A DNA stretch of 64,000 bases. It comes from Ascoidea asiatica JCM 7603 (Eukaryota; Fungi; Ascomycota). Of this stretch, positions 11,259 to 24,084 are shown piece after piece. Below the pieces are notes generated by a model that saw nothing but the letters and a program-made list of their open reading frames with translations, searched no databases and had not been told where the DNA came from. The translations under genes were made by a program, and so were the position numbers. The DNA lies in the NCBI GenBank assembly GCA_001600695.1, contig BCKQ01000001.1, forward strand, positions 2,487,521 to 2,551,520. Direction: 5' to 3'. Numbering within the stretch: the first letter of the stretch is position 1; each line of letters begins with the position of its first letter.

Positions 11259-12812
11259 ATGTTAATATACAGTGAAGAACATTTAATAGAATTTAATAAA
11301 AGAATACCATGCAGAAAAGATGAAATACTACTTCTAAACTCTTTTTTAAATGATGATAATATAGACTTGGTACCTTCATCAGTATTATTAGTTGGAAAGT
11401 ACTCAGGCAAAAAATTTATCTTATCTCAACTTTTTGAGTTTCATGATAATAAGCAAAATAATAAATTGAAATATAACTGGGTAGATTGTTTAAATTATGT
11501 TTCTTTAAGTAATCTTTTTACGAGTATAATAGAAATTCTTAAAGATGATTACGATTATAAAGATAATGAAATGATTGATAATTTTGAGAATATCGATTGT
11601 GACAATATTAATAAATTCACATTATGCTTAGAAAAACTCTGCAATGGAGTTATATATTCCAAAAACCATGGAAAAAAGCCCCATTTGATAATATTCGATA
11701 ATTTAGTCGAATTTATTAATATCAATATAAGTAATGAATCAATAACATCAGGAATTATGAATAGTGATCAAATAAGTAACATATTAACGCCTTTGACAAA
11801 AATATTTGAAAAGTCCAGAATTATTCGATCAAGATTTCAATTCATTATTGTTTTAAACAGTATTGAATTAAATCAAGACATTACTCAAAGTAATTATTGT
11901 CCAACTATTTATTTCAAAAACTATAATCAGAATGAAACTTTGAATATTCTCACAAATTCAATGACAAGTGAAAAATTGATTGAAGAATTGTTTTATTTAA
12001 AATACTCAAAGGAAAATGAAAATTTTTTTTCCAAAATCACTAGATCTAAAACAAGAAAAGACCAAAAGGTTACTGTTAAAAATTTTCCAATTTTTTGGGA
12101 AAATTATGTTAAGGTTATTATTGATAGTTATTATTCAATCACTGGATCTAAATTGAAGGTTTTAATTTTATTGATAAGAAAAATTTGGCCTTTATTTACA
12201 GGAGATATAAAAAGTATGGAAGAATTTGATGGATACTCATTTTTAAGAACAATAAAATCCAAAAGGAGATTATTTAATACTGATTCATACATTAATCCTA
12301 GTTTAATAAAAAAATCCGACTTTAATGATTCTAGAAACAATGAAAATAAATTAGAGTTGACTGATTTTTCAAAACTTATATTATGTGCTTCCTATATCTG
12401 TTCTTTCAATTCTGCTACTCATGATTTAATGATTTTTTCAAAATTCAATGGGTTTTCCAAAAAAAGAAGACAAGTATTTAAAAAAAAATCAAAAGCGAAT
12501 GGAAATAAGCTAGACATAAAATTGATTAATCCCAATACTTTTGAAGTTGAGAGAATGTTAGCAATTTTGAATGTTATCTATTTAACAATAGTCGATATAG
12601 AAAGTGAGCCAAGTGAGCTTTCTAATATCGATTTTCATACTCAACTACTAAATTTGATTTCTCTAAATTTAATATCAATGCTTTATAATACTAATGGAAA
12701 TGAACTTGACTTAACTAAAATTAGACTTAGAGTTAACGTTGACTACGAAATAATCAAAGAAATAGCAAAAGAAATAAATTTTCGAATTGAAGATTTTTTA
12801 GTAGATTCCTAA
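11259..12812 (+). CDS. ORC5: Origin recognition complex subunit 5
   Basis: N-terminal PCR..I..L, AAA+ region, and Orc5 C-terminal motifs SKLILCASYICSFN..D...FSK, PNTFEVERMLAIL and RVNV. Confidence 0.85.
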   Translation: MLIYSEEHLIEFNKRIPCRKDEILLLNSFLNDDNIDLVPSSVLLVGKYSGKKFILSQLFEFHDNKQNNKLKYNWVDCLNYVSLSNLFTSIIEILKDDYDYKDNEMIDNFENIDCDNINKFTLCLEKLCNGVIYSKNHGKKPHLIIFDNLVEFININISNESITSGIMNSDQISNILTPLTKIFEKSRIIRSRFQFIIVLNSIELNQDITQSNYCPTIYFKNYNQNETLNILTNSMTSEKLIEELFYLKYSKENENFFSKITRSKTRKDQKVTVKNFPIFWENYVKVIIDSYYSITGSKLKVLILLIRKIWPLFTGDIKSMEEFDGYSFLRTIKSKRRLFNTDSYINPSLIKKSDFNDSRNNENKLELTDFSKLILCASYICSFNSATHDLMIFSKFNGFSKKRRQVFKKKSKANGNKLDIKLINPNTFEVERMLAILNVIYLTIVDIESEPSELSNIDFHTQLLNLISLNLISMLYNTNGNELDLTKIRLRVNVDYEIIKEIAKEINFRIEDFLVDS

Positions 12813-13102
12813 GGTATAATTATATTTTAATAAATGAAGGATTAGTAAATTTTAAAGATTAGAAAAGTGTTGTTCAAATTCTAATACAGTATGGCTAGAT
12901 TAATTCGATCTTTGACGCAAAAATCCAGGATAAATCACGTGGTTTGATTTCTGTGGTCAATTGAATAAATGGTAAATAAAACAATAACTGAAAAATCATC
13001 TAGGTTTGATAAAATTTAGTTTTTTTCGATATTACTTAAGTATTTTATATTTTAACAATTTTAAAACGCTTAGTTCCAACAATATTATAGCCGGTGAAAA
13101 AC

Positions 13103-13822
13103 ATGGATCAGATTATAGGGAAACAGAGAATTGTTGTTCCAGGTGAATTTATTGAAATGCCAGAAGATGCCACCCAGTTATTACTTGGCCCTGGAATCAT
13201 GCTTAAGAGTCAGCAGAACATAATACCTATGAATGCTGGTTTTCTAAATATACAACAAAAAAACAAAAAAAAGGTAGTTTACATAGACTCTTATTCCAAA
13301 AATTATATTCCAGATATCAATGATTTGGTAATAGGAACTGTGTTGGGCACCCTAGGAGAAAGCTATAAAGTTTTGATTTCTAATTTCAAATCTTTTGCTT
13401 TATTATCTTTCTATAGTTTCGAAAATGCGTCAAGGAAAAATAAATTAAGTCTAAAAACCGGAGATTTAGTTTATGCTAGAGTATCTAAAGCTAACAAGAA
13501 TATAGATATTGAGCTTGAATGTATTGATCCAATAACAAATAAATCAACAGGTTTTGGATTGTTGTCTGGTGGATATATTATCAAGGTACCTTTGAATTAT
13601 TCAAGATACCTTTTATTCAATCCAAATAATGAAGTTGTGATAAATTTGAGTACTAAATGCAAATTTGAAATTGCTGTTGGGTTGAATGGAGAAATTTGGA
13701 TTAAAACTGATGAACAATTAACCACTTTGGCAGCTTCAAAATATTTAGAACAAGCACAAAATGTTTCAAAATCCAAATTGAACGCTTTGCTTCTAAGAAT
13801 TTTCAAAGGATATAATTTGTAA
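13103..13822 (+). CDS. RRP40: Exosome cap subunit Rrp40
   Basis: IVVPG, LLLGPG, YIP...DLVIG, FENASRKNK..L..GDLVYARV (S1), FEIAVGLNGEIW (KH). First ATG is at 13103; the track starts at GTG 13094. Confidence 0.93.
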   Translation: MDQIIGKQRIVVPGEFIEMPEDATQLLLGPGIMLKSQQNIIPMNAGFLNIQQKNKKKVVYIDSYSKNYIPDINDLVIGTVLGTLGESYKVLISNFKSFALLSFYSFENASRKNKLSLKTGDLVYARVSKANKNIDIELECIDPITNKSTGFGLLSGGYIIKVPLNYSRYLLFNPNNEVVINLSTKCKFEIAVGLNGEIWIKTDEQLTTLAASKYLEQAQNVSKSKLNALLLRIFKGYNL

Positions 13823-14241
13823 TATATAAAGATAGAATGATCTCTCATAACTTTAAATAATTGTATTTTTCTTATATAGATTAATGATTTTGTAAGAAAA
13901 TTATATTAAATACTTCACACTCGCAAAAAACCTATCTGCAAATATTGATACTTAGTTTACAATAAAAATAAAGAACCCACTGAGAATAAAAACTTTAGGA
14001 AATAAAATCTCAGCTTCCCAACATAAATCAAAATAAACATCTGAAAATCAATATAAACGAAATAAAAAGTTGACCAAAATTTTTAGTGATGCAAGTTTAA
14101 AACAAAAAATAAAATTAGCTCATAAGAAAGATTAATTTGAAAATTATAAAGATTTATTTGAGAAAAACAAAAAAAATTTCACAGTTTCATTGAATATCCA
14201 GTCATTTTTCATTAATGATTATGCAAATATTGATAATATAT

Positions 14242-17200
14242 CTACCAGGGTCTTTCAGGATAGTCAAAATCCCATTTTTCCTTTCGAAAATTATTTATAT
14301 CAATTTCATTATCAAGGGTTTTTATATGAAATTTACATTTTGCTTTTTCTTTTTCTACTTGCATTATGACAGCTTGTTTGACACTTTGTGATAATCTATT
14401 ATCATCAAGAATTTTTCTTCTCTTCTCGGCTAAACTCAGCATTTCCTCTTCATATTTATTTACAATCTGCTGCTTGTTAAAATTGAGTGGATTATATAAA
14501 TTATCGTCTTCGTCACTACTTCCATCATCTTTATTGCTTGGGCCTTGATTTGAGGTTTTAGTAGTTGGCAGTAGCGATCCAGTGGATTCTCTTCCCATGA
14601 CAGTGTTAGTTTGATTACTTTCAAATAATTTGTTTGCTGAATTTAACTCTGGATCTTTGGTAATAATAAATTTGGGATTTGCGATCGATTTTGTTGATTC
14701 TTTCTCAGCTATTGAAGTTAAAGTCATGGGTTGATGTTGTTGCTGATGAAACATATGTGAACTGTAAGCTATCGGTAATAAATTTCTAATTGTATCTGCT
14801 GCATTTGTTCGCTGCTTACTTATCTCTTTAATCAGTGATGAAGCTTTGCTTTTCGTATTAAAATTGTCATCCATCAACGTTAATTTAGAAGATAAATGAT
14901 CAATACTTATTTTTTTAATTGAGCTATTATTGTTTGAGTTTCCATTCGCAATATTTGTATTTGAATTCAATCTAAAAAGCTTAGTGATAGATGGTTGACG
15001 AAAGAGTTGGCCAAATGAAGTATTCGACGAAGTGGAAGATGATCTTTTCAATGATTTTGTTAAATCCTTGATAGGATTTTCCAAGTTTCCAGAAGCAATA
15101 AAAGAAGATTTAATTGTAGCAGCAGAATCCACTACTGGCATGTTACTGAGAAGAGTAGTACTTGTTGAAGACCTGTTTAATAGAGCTGGTTTCCCTCCTT
15201 GAAAAGATGTCGATATGATTTCACCATTATTTCCCAGTCTTGTTTCATTGCTTTTTGATTTTCGAGTTTCAATTCTATTGGAAAGATTATTTATTCCAGT
15301 TCCATTGGAAATCAATCCCGAACCATTAACAGTAGTATTTATTTCACTGTTGTTATTACTTTTATTACTGGTATTGGAATGATGGTTGCTATTTGCTTTA
15401 GAGGAAACTGTACTGGAAGAAGAACTCCTTGTCTGATATACCGATATATCAGTATTCGCTCTTTTGAAAATCATTGACTGCAAGGTTCTATCATTAGATC
15501 TAATTGAACTATTATCTATAGTACTTCTATGACTGATTTCTGAAAACTTTTGGGATAGTAAAGATTTTTTAGTTCCTTGTATCGAATTAGCTGACAAACT
15601 ATTCCGCTTGATTTGAAATAGTTTATTAATTTTGTAGTCTTCTCTTAAAATTTCATTATATTCTTGTGAATTGGAAATTTTTGATTCAATTTCGTTCAGT
15701 TCATTTTCAGGTATAGATGCCCAATCACTATCATCATCCTCATCATCAGAGTAAGAATCATCTGAATATATTACTGAACCAGGATCATTGGTAGGTCTAG
15801 GGCGACTTGTAAATAGAGAATGATCATTATTAGGTTCAGCTATTGAAGAAGTTATATTTTCAGAGCTGTTGGTGTTTTTGCTACTCATCTCATCGCTTAT
15901 TTTGTCATTCTCATCAGTGGAAGTTGCCTCGTCGAATTGCTTGGTAAATTCTTGAGTACTATGCTTATCATCTTTTGCTTCTATTATTTCAGATATGGAT
16001 TTAGTATTATCACCGAAATTATGTAAGAGCCTATTTAGTTTATTACCTCTAGTTGTTGGTGATAATGCCGCTATATTTTGAGGGGATGGGAGTTGTAGAT
16101 GAGATTCTAGTTTTTTTTGCGCTTCCTCATTCAATGGCTGTAAAGAGGGGCCATTGATATACTTTCGATTTTTAGACAAATTCAATTTTATAGAAGAAGA
16201 TTCAGAATCAACAGGCGAAGGAGAACTTTCGAAGAAAAACATTGAAGAATCAATTTCACCTGATTTTTCTTTTTCTTTGTCTTTATTCTCTTTTCCTGAA
16301 GTCCTCGAGAAAAAATTTGCTGGATTTGATTTTATTTTGAATTCATTAATAATTCTGTTCTCCGGCCTATTAGGATTAATACTAGACGTTAAATTATTGT
16401 GACGATTTTTGAAAAGTCTTTTAGACTCTATAACTGATTTTGGATTTATACCATCTTTATTGTAATTCTTGACAGATTCATCTTCTGAATCTGTTTCAAA
16501 ATCTGAATTCAGTTCAGATTCAGATTCAGACTCAGAATTTAAATCAGATGTACTGTCTCTTGTGAGTAGATTGACTCTTTTTTCAATATTCTCATTCTTC
16601 GATATTGATATAGATTTATTTTTTAATTTTTTTCTTTTTGGTGATTCCTTCTTAAGAGCCATATATTCATTAGTAACTTGATTTTTTATTTCAAGAGTAT
16701 CCTTCTTGACCTGAGTTTCACTGGTTTTAGAATTATTAGTTACAATTGAAATAATCTTTTTATTATTATGCATGTTAGTGTAATTATTATAATTATTATG
16801 ATTTGATATACCATTTGTATTATTATTAGATATTCCCAATTTGAGGTTAAACATTGATTTGCTAGTTTTAGAGTTAGAAAAGTTTATATTTGTTAAATTA
16901 TTGCTTTTATTTAGTTTCGATAATTTTAAAATAGATGGATTTTTATTTTGAGCTTCAGATTGACGTTGATTTGATTTATGTATCTGAGATTGGGTATAAA
17001 TATTCTCTTGGTTTATACTTATATTCGAATTTTGATTTTGATTCAACTTTGAAGTATCTTTAGGTTTTGATTTAAGTTTTGTAGCATCATAGTCATCAGG
17101 ATAAAATTTCGTATTAGTGAAGGCGTTGTAAGATTTTGTTCTATTTAAGTTTGATTTACTTGGATGATAGTTCATAATTTCGAACACTACACTTGAATCT

Positions 17201-18153
17201 TTATGCAAAGCTAAAGAATCATTATTTTGAATATTTTTGAAATTATTAGCATTAATACCAGTATTATTAAAACTATTCTGGTTTTTTTTTTTTAACTGTT
17301 TTGAATTTTGAATATCTGACTTTGATAAAGTATTTGGAACAATTTTATTTGAGTTACTTGGGATTTTTTTTAAAGGATTGGAGATAAAAATATTTGAATT
17401 GGAATTTGAGTTTAAATCTGAGGTTACATTTATATTTGAATTCGCATTTGAAGCAAAATTAGATAAATTCTTAAGATTTTTAAGTGATTTATTCGATTTC
17501 AAAGATTTAAGTGAACCTTTTGAACTATTATTTCTTTTAAATTTTGGCCTTGAATTTGATTTAAATAACATATTTTGATTTTGATTGTGATTATGATTTT
17601 GATTTTGATTTTGATGATGATTAATATTATTTTGAGCGTGATTGAGATATTGGCCATTATAAATATTACTATTAGTGGTTGAGGGAGATATAGTAGTGGC
17701 GGCTAAATTGTTAGTTGAAGATGAATTTTTATTAATTGAAGTATTTTTATTATTATTGATATGACTATTATTGTTATTTTTAGAGTTATTATTATTTTTA
17801 TTATTGAAGGGAGGTATAATTAAATCATTTGAAACATATAAATCATTTGATAACCCTGTTGCTTGAATTATGGAAATAAATTCATTAGTTGATAAATATT
17901 GATCATTAATATATTTTTTTTTTTCAAATTTATTTTTAATGAAATTTTTATTCACGATTCTCCAAGATAAATATTCAAATCTTTGACCATTATTAACAAA
18001 ATCAGAAATTTTTATTAAACCATTCCAAACTTCAATAATATCTTTTAAAGTAATATCTTTATTATTAAATTTTTGTTTTAATAATGGAGAGAATTCAAAA
18101 AGCGGTAAATGATTATTTGTATGAGAAGTTTTATAACCATGATGATTCCACAT
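14242..18153 (-). CDS. MKS1: Mks1-like regulator (N-terminal DUF1752 motif, C-terminal DUF3295-like end), long N/S-rich
   Basis: GQRFEYLSWRIVNK resembles the Mks1/DUF1752 motif GERLxNISWRI; also FFFESSPSP, DDDSDWAS and C-terminal LSQSV..DY...W. Confidence 0.6.
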   Translation of the reverse strand: MWNHHGYKTSHTNNHLPLFEFSPLLKQKFNNKDITLKDIIEVWNGLIKISDFVNNGQRFEYLSWRIVNKNFIKNKFEKKKYINDQYLSTNEFISIIQATGLSNDLYVSNDLIIPPFNNKNNNNSKNNNNSHINNNKNTSINKNSSSTNNLAATTISPSTTNSNIYNGQYLNHAQNNINHHQNQNQNHNHNQNQNMLFKSNSRPKFKRNNSSKGSLKSLKSNKSLKNLKNLSNFASNANSNINVTSDLNSNSNSNIFISNPLKKIPSNSNKIVPNTLSKSDIQNSKQLKKKNQNSFNNTGINANNFKNIQNNDSLALHKDSSVVFEIMNYHPSKSNLNRTKSYNAFTNTKFYPDDYDATKLKSKPKDTSKLNQNQNSNISINQENIYTQSQIHKSNQRQSEAQNKNPSILKLSKLNKSNNLTNINFSNSKTSKSMFNLKLGISNNNTNGISNHNNYNNYTNMHNNKKIISIVTNNSKTSETQVKKDTLEIKNQVTNEYMALKKESPKRKKLKNKSISISKNENIEKRVNLLTRDSTSDLNSESESESELNSDFETDSEDESVKNYNKDGINPKSVIESKRLFKNRHNNLTSSINPNRPENRIINEFKIKSNPANFFSRTSGKENKDKEKEKSGEIDSSMFFFESSPSPVDSESSSIKLNLSKNRKYINGPSLQPLNEEAQKKLESHLQLPSPQNIAALSPTTRGNKLNRLLHNFGDNTKSISEIIEAKDDKHSTQEFTKQFDEATSTDENDKISDEMSSKNTNSSENITSSIAEPNNDHSLFTSRPRPTNDPGSVIYSDDSYSDDEDDDSDWASIPENELNEIESKISNSQEYNEILREDYKINKLFQIKRNSLSANSIQGTKKSLLSQKFSEISHRSTIDNSSIRSNDRTLQSMIFKRANTDISVYQTRSSSSSTVSSKANSNHHSNTSNKSNNNSEINTTVNGSGLISNGTGINNLSNRIETRKSKSNETRLGNNGEIISTSFQGGKPALLNRSSTSTTLLSNMPVVDSAATIKSSFIASGNLENPIKDLTKSLKRSSSTSSNTSFGQLFRQPSITKLFRLNSNTNIANGNSNNNSSIKKISIDHLSSKLTLMDDNFNTKSKASSLIKEISKQRTNAADTIRNLLPIAYSSHMFHQQQHQPMTLTSIAEKESTKSIANPKFIITKDPELNSANKLFESNQTNTVMGRESTGSLLPTTKTSNQGPSNKDDGSSDEDDNLYNPLNFNKQQIVNKYEEEMLSLAEKRRKILDDNRLSQSVKQAVIMQVEKEKAKCKFHIKTLDNEIDINNFRKEKWDFDYPERPW

Positions 18154-19755
18154 TACGTATTTATTCTTATTCTAAAATAAAATGATAAAAAACTTAGGAG
18201 CTGAAAAATTGAAAAATTATATAAAGTGAGATAAAATATAGGATGCTTTTGGAATATATATGGTGATATATGATGATTATTTGAAATATATGTATATGAT
18301 TAAAATATATACTTTGTATTCGATTAGATATAAGTACTAATGTTACTGTAATAACTTTTATTTATTGCTAAAAGAAGGAATAATTAACCACATTAATTTA
18401 AATTAGTCTATTTCATTTAGGATTATAAGACAATATATATGATGATATACAATAATATATATTTTATATATATTTTATAGAATAAAATTTATCAGTAAAC
18501 TAAAAGAGATGAACAATCAGTAAATTTATTTTGCCTTTTTTTTTTTTTTTTTCTTTTGAATGAAATGATTTGAATGATGCTTTGAGCAATGATTGAAATT
18601 ATAATCTATGAATTTGGACAGTAACTCTTCCACTTATTGTTCGTTTTTATTTATTGCTATCCTATTATCCCAAAACAAATATACTTATTAGTATTGTATT
18701 TCTAATATTTCTTTAATTCTTTATATTTCCTTATTTCTTTTTGGATATGGATATATTTCTTTGTAAATTTCCATAGCTTTATTTCATTGTCAGGCTTGTA
18801 CACTGAGAATAGACTACCCACTTACTCTTTAATCTGGTACTCAGGCTGTTGAGCAACAGGTAACAGGCATAGAAACAAGGCTAGAAACATGGATGGAGAC
18901 TGGGAATATAATTTTTGGAGAAAAGTAATGACTTATTTTCTTATTGCTTATTGCTTATTGCCGATTTTTTATTCCTTATTTTCCCTCAGAGGCCAGGAAC
19001 AGGCGCACCACCACGCCACAAGCAGCGCCACATGGCATGCAATTAAGCTCACCTCAAAACGGCAACAGTTGTAGTGAAAGCGTTTTAGTGCAGTTTTGCA
19101 TAGTATGATGTCTCTAGTGTTTTTAGTGCTTATGGTACTTTGATTTTATAATGTTTTTTTTTCTATTTTATTATAACTATATACTTTTGAATTCGAAAAT
19201 ATTGAATTTTCATGCAATTTTGCATACTTTTGTTTTTTTCTAGATACTAGATTATATTCCCAGTTTATAACGGCTTGATTCTTTTTTCCCACTTTTAATT
19301 TAATTTTTTTTTCTGTCGATAAAACAAACAAAAAAAAGAATAATAAAAAAAAAAGAATAATGAATAAAAAGAATTAGAATAATTGAAAAATAGTGATAAA
19401 AAGTTAAAATGACAAAATTATGGTAAATGAACAAAGAGAAAAAAAATGATCAGTGAGTTATTTTAAAGTGACAAAAATAAAAAAAATTAAAAAAAATAAA
19501 AGTGAATCAAAAAAAAAATAAAAATAAATCAAAAAAAAAAAGATTAATCAATTAGTAAATCAAGTCAATAAAATGAAAGAAATGAATTATAGTAAAATAA
19601 CAAATATGTTTTAAAGCAAAAAGAATATTTTGGATTTTGGATAAAATTTGAAAAGTAAGCAATTAAAAAGAAGATTATGTAAAAAGCATTCAAAAAAAGT
19701 AAATAAAATGGAAATTCTTTGATTTATATTTTTATTATTTCCATTTAAATTAGGT

Positions 19756-22658
19756 TTATAAATTCATAGACTTCACATATAATAGAATATATGCTGTTTT
19801 TGAATCTCCAACTTTACTATTATTACCTTCTTTACAAATAACTTCATCATCTTCTAAATTAATTATATTAGTGTCATCAATACGAATCCAATTGGATTTA
19901 TTATTTCCTTGTCTTAAAACATCGACTGTATAATGCCCAGCTTCAGCACTCACCCCATGGTGATATACAACACCAGTTAAATTATATTCAACTGAAGAAA
20001 ATTTTTCGATATTGTTTCCATTTCCTTCAAATATGCACTCTTCTGGTATTCTAAATTTATGCCCATATTCAATCTTCTTTCTTAATTTTTCAATTCTACC
20101 GAAATCTTCAGTGTAGTATTTGCCATTTATTTTTCTTTCTGCATTTTCTTTATTTTCACTACTATTGTTACTACTCTCGATACTACTATCATTAGTACTG
20201 TCATTATTGTTATTATGATTTTTATCATTATCATCATTATCGCTATCATTAACGTATGAGAATCTTTTTAGATATATTATTAAAACTTCCGGTAATTTGT
20301 TGATTTTGGTTTGTTTTTTAGCAATAACTTCTTCCTCTTTTCCGTTTATTTTATACGAAATTTCTTCAGGCTTTGATAATAATTTGAATCCATCCTCGAT
20401 AGAAAAAACTCTTGAATCGGAAATATCCAATTGGACATTTTGAAAAGGATCAAAAGTCAATGATTTACTATCTTTCTTACTAGTTACTAAATTTTTAGGA
20501 ACTTCAATCACTGAACAAAATTGACCTCCAAATAATGAAGTAATTGGCGACGGTTGAATTTCCATAGTTCGCTTAATCGTATTTTTAGATTTTTTAGCTT
20601 TAGATACTTCTAGCCATCCATCACTATTTTCTTCGTCACTTTCATTATTTTCTAATTCATCTGCTCCATCGTTATTTGTAGGATCCCATTTTATTATATC
20701 CATTGCTTTTGTGATTTTTTGTCTAATCATTATTTCTTTTTCGGAGGCTGTTCCAATTGAATTTAATAAACTACCAACATCATCCTTACTTAAGTTTTTA
20801 ATAGATTCTACACATTCATCATGTAAACCTTGAAGGAGATATAACATAAATTCTTCTGCATCTTCTTGTTGGCCCCTTATTAAATGACTAAATCTTTTAT
20901 GTCTATATATAGACTTATAGAAAGAATCTAAACTTAATGGTTCACCAAAATCTCCTTTTCTTTTAAACCCAGCCATGGAATAACCGAAATTTGTCTTTGA
21001 ATTTAGATTAGATGAAGACGATGAAATCGAAGATGCAGGTGTTTCGAACCTTTCAAATAATTCTACCATCGAGTCAATTAAAGGGGTCTTGGATTTTGAA
21101 ATCCCTCCTAAATTGGCTATTGTTTTTTTACCGATTAAATTAATGACATTACTGAATGGAACACAATATAATAAAACCTGAATAATTGATGACATGAAAC
21201 AAATATTTCCAGTATTGATTAAACCATGAGGTTTAATTGATGGAAAATTTAAATACAAAGAACTTTTAGGAATTTGATACATTATTCGTAGCAAAACTGA
21301 TCCCATTTTTTGAATATATGTAGAATATTTCACGGTAGAAGGAAGATGTGAATAGCTATTTATATCGGTATTTGATGTTGCTGAAGGAAGTTTTGCTTTA
21401 GAGGTTTCAGCTAATACCTCCTTTTCTGTTAAAGATTGATCTGCGAGTATTTTCTCTTTTGAATCAACTAGCTTGTCAGATTCTTCAGGGGATTTCTTCC
21501 TTGGTTTTGCAACATTTTTACTAACAATTGCAGACCATGACAATTTAGCGGCAGTCGATTGTATTTGCTCATTTATTTTTTTGCTTTTATTTTCTAAGAT
21601 AACTTCATTTCCGATGGGAACTTCACTTTGATTAGATTGAGCAACTTCAATAATTTGTTTTGAAAGCAATACGGTCTTTAGTATGGAGTTTGTTTCTATG
21701 GGTTTACTTGAATCTGTTTGAGTTTCTTTTTCTCTCGATACCATTTCTTTTTTACTTACTTTTCTTTGTCTTCTTAATTCTTTGGTTTTGGATTGATTTT
21801 CATTAAAATCAAAATTATCAGTATTAAAAAAAATTGGAAATTTTTCATTAATTTTCACATCTTTTAAAATTTTTATATTGAACTTTTCTTCATTAATTTC
21901 CATAATATCTTTTATTTCTTTTTCGATCTCATTTTTTGATTGTTCTTTTGATTTCAGATCGCAAGTCTTGATTTTGATGTCTTTAGTATTAGTATCAATT
22001 CTGAAATTTTGTTTATCTGCATAAGTTTTCAAAACTTTATCACTAGAATTTTCTTTGGTTTGTATTTCTTGAGAAAATTTTTTTTTTGTAAATGAAGTTT
22101 TTATTTCACGGTCATTTATAATTTTAGAGCTGTGTTTAATTTTATATTCTAAAGATGCGTTATGTTTATTATTTGATATATCTTCAAAATTACCACTGTT
22201 AGTTTTAGAGAGAGTTTTATTTTCATTATCATTTTCATTATCATTTTCATTATCATTTTTATTGATATTTTTATTACTATTATTTTTCGTATAATTATTA
22301 TCTAAACTCTTATTTTTACTACTGTTACTACTATTATTAGTAGTGTCATCATTGGCATTATTGTTATCACTATTATTTTCATTACTGTTATTATTACTAC
22401 TGAGATTATTTTTTTTTACCTTTTCTATTGGAAAGTTTGAATCAGAGTGAGTGCTTGTTTTGTATTTTGTGCTTGAGTTGGAATTTGAATGAGATTCAGT
22501 ATTTATTAAACTATTAGATTGAAATAAACTTGATGATTTATTATCTTTTGATGGAGGCTGATTATAAGGTTTAACTTGATTATATATAGGAGAAGAGACT
22601 TGAGAATTATTGTTTGAATTAGTGTAAGTTTTTTTATTAAGATTATTTTGATTTATGC

Positions 22659-22748
<90 letters not shown>

Positions 22749-23351
22749 TGTTACTATTATTACTATTATTACTAATGTTATTAAAATTTCTTTTTGAAGT
22801 ATAAAAAGATCGATCACTTTTAAAATTTTGAGCAGATAATAGTTTATTCCTATAATTTGGTATTTTACTCATGGAGTTATAAATTCCATTAACTGAATTT
22901 TCTGAATGAGAATATAGGTTATTATTATAAGATGAATTTCGATTAACATTATTACCATTAGTATTGGTAAATGAATTATTTTGTGCAAGATTCATTGGAA
23001 TATTCATTGGAGAGTTAATGTTATTCACATTATTAATATTATTTAAGGAATTCATTTGATTAATATTATTAATTGGGATAATATTTTGAGGGATAGATTG
23101 TGGAATGGGTGGTAATGATAGTATTGCATTTTGATTATACTGATTATTAGGAGACAGGAAATTTGAAGCATATGGGGAATGATTATTGAAAGAGTTATTG
23201 TAACCCTCATTACCAATATTATTATTAATATTGTTATGATTACTGTTATGATTGTTGTTGTTGTTGTTTTTGATGTTATTATTAGAATTATTCTTTTCTG
23301 TATAACTATTATTTTCTGTGTAATTATCATTTTTGCTGTTATTATTATTAA

Positions 23352-23382
<31 letters not shown>

Positions 23383-24084
23383 GCTCGTATTAGTATTAGT
23401 ATTAGTATTGTTAGAAATGTAGGATTGTTGTTGTGGTTGAATAAAATTCGTTGGATAATGATAATTAGGCATTAAGTGATTCATGTGAGAATTTAGTTGT
23501 GGATTCAATTGCTGGGCTACTTGATGATTCATTGAGGGTATATTATATATATTATTCATATTTATATTTGGAGGGGTGGTAGCTATTGGAAATGAATAAT
23601 ATGGAGAATTTGGTAGTTGGTTTGGCAATTGGTTTGAAAAATTTATTGGAGGATTTTGATGTTGACTATAAGGAGAATTTATTATATCATTTGGAGGAGG
23701 CATTATATTTTGATTTATATTATAATTATTATTATTGAAGTTATTATTATTATAATTGTTGTTAGTGTTATAATTATTATTAGTGTTGTAATTATTGTTG
23801 TAGTTATTGTTATAGGTATTATGATTATTGTGATTATAGTGATTATTACTATGATTGTTATGATTATTATGAGTAGTATTTGAAGGTGTATTAGGGTTCA
23901 CATTATTGTTATTATTATTATTATTATTAATGCTATTGTTATTAATAGTTGATTGTAATGAAGGAGCATTTACACTTCTATTAGAAAGCGCTGAAGTTGC
24001 AGATGGAACAGACGAATTTGATGAAGTAGTAGATGGCGTCGACATCACTGTCGTTGTAGCAGTTGCTGATGAAGATTGAGTCAT
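19756..24084 (-). CDS. UBP3: Ubiquitin-specific protease Ubp3 with very long Asn-rich N-terminus
   Basis: Cys box GLINTGNICFMSSIIQ, QQEDAEEF, His box YHHG.SAEAGHYTVDV, WIRIDD; Ubp3-type PIFFN and SWSAI motifs. Confidence 0.9.
22660..22743 (-). repeat. (AAT)28 perfect trinucleotide repeat encoding poly-Asn in UBP3
   Basis: Read directly: (ATT)28 on the + strand, in frame with UBP3. Confidence 0.95.

Noticed and set aside
23052-23883. Ile-rich short ORFs over UBP3 (and similar ones over MFG1, NAB6, PHO86)
   Set aside because: Frame-shifted or antisense translations of (AAT)n repeats with no independent coding signal.
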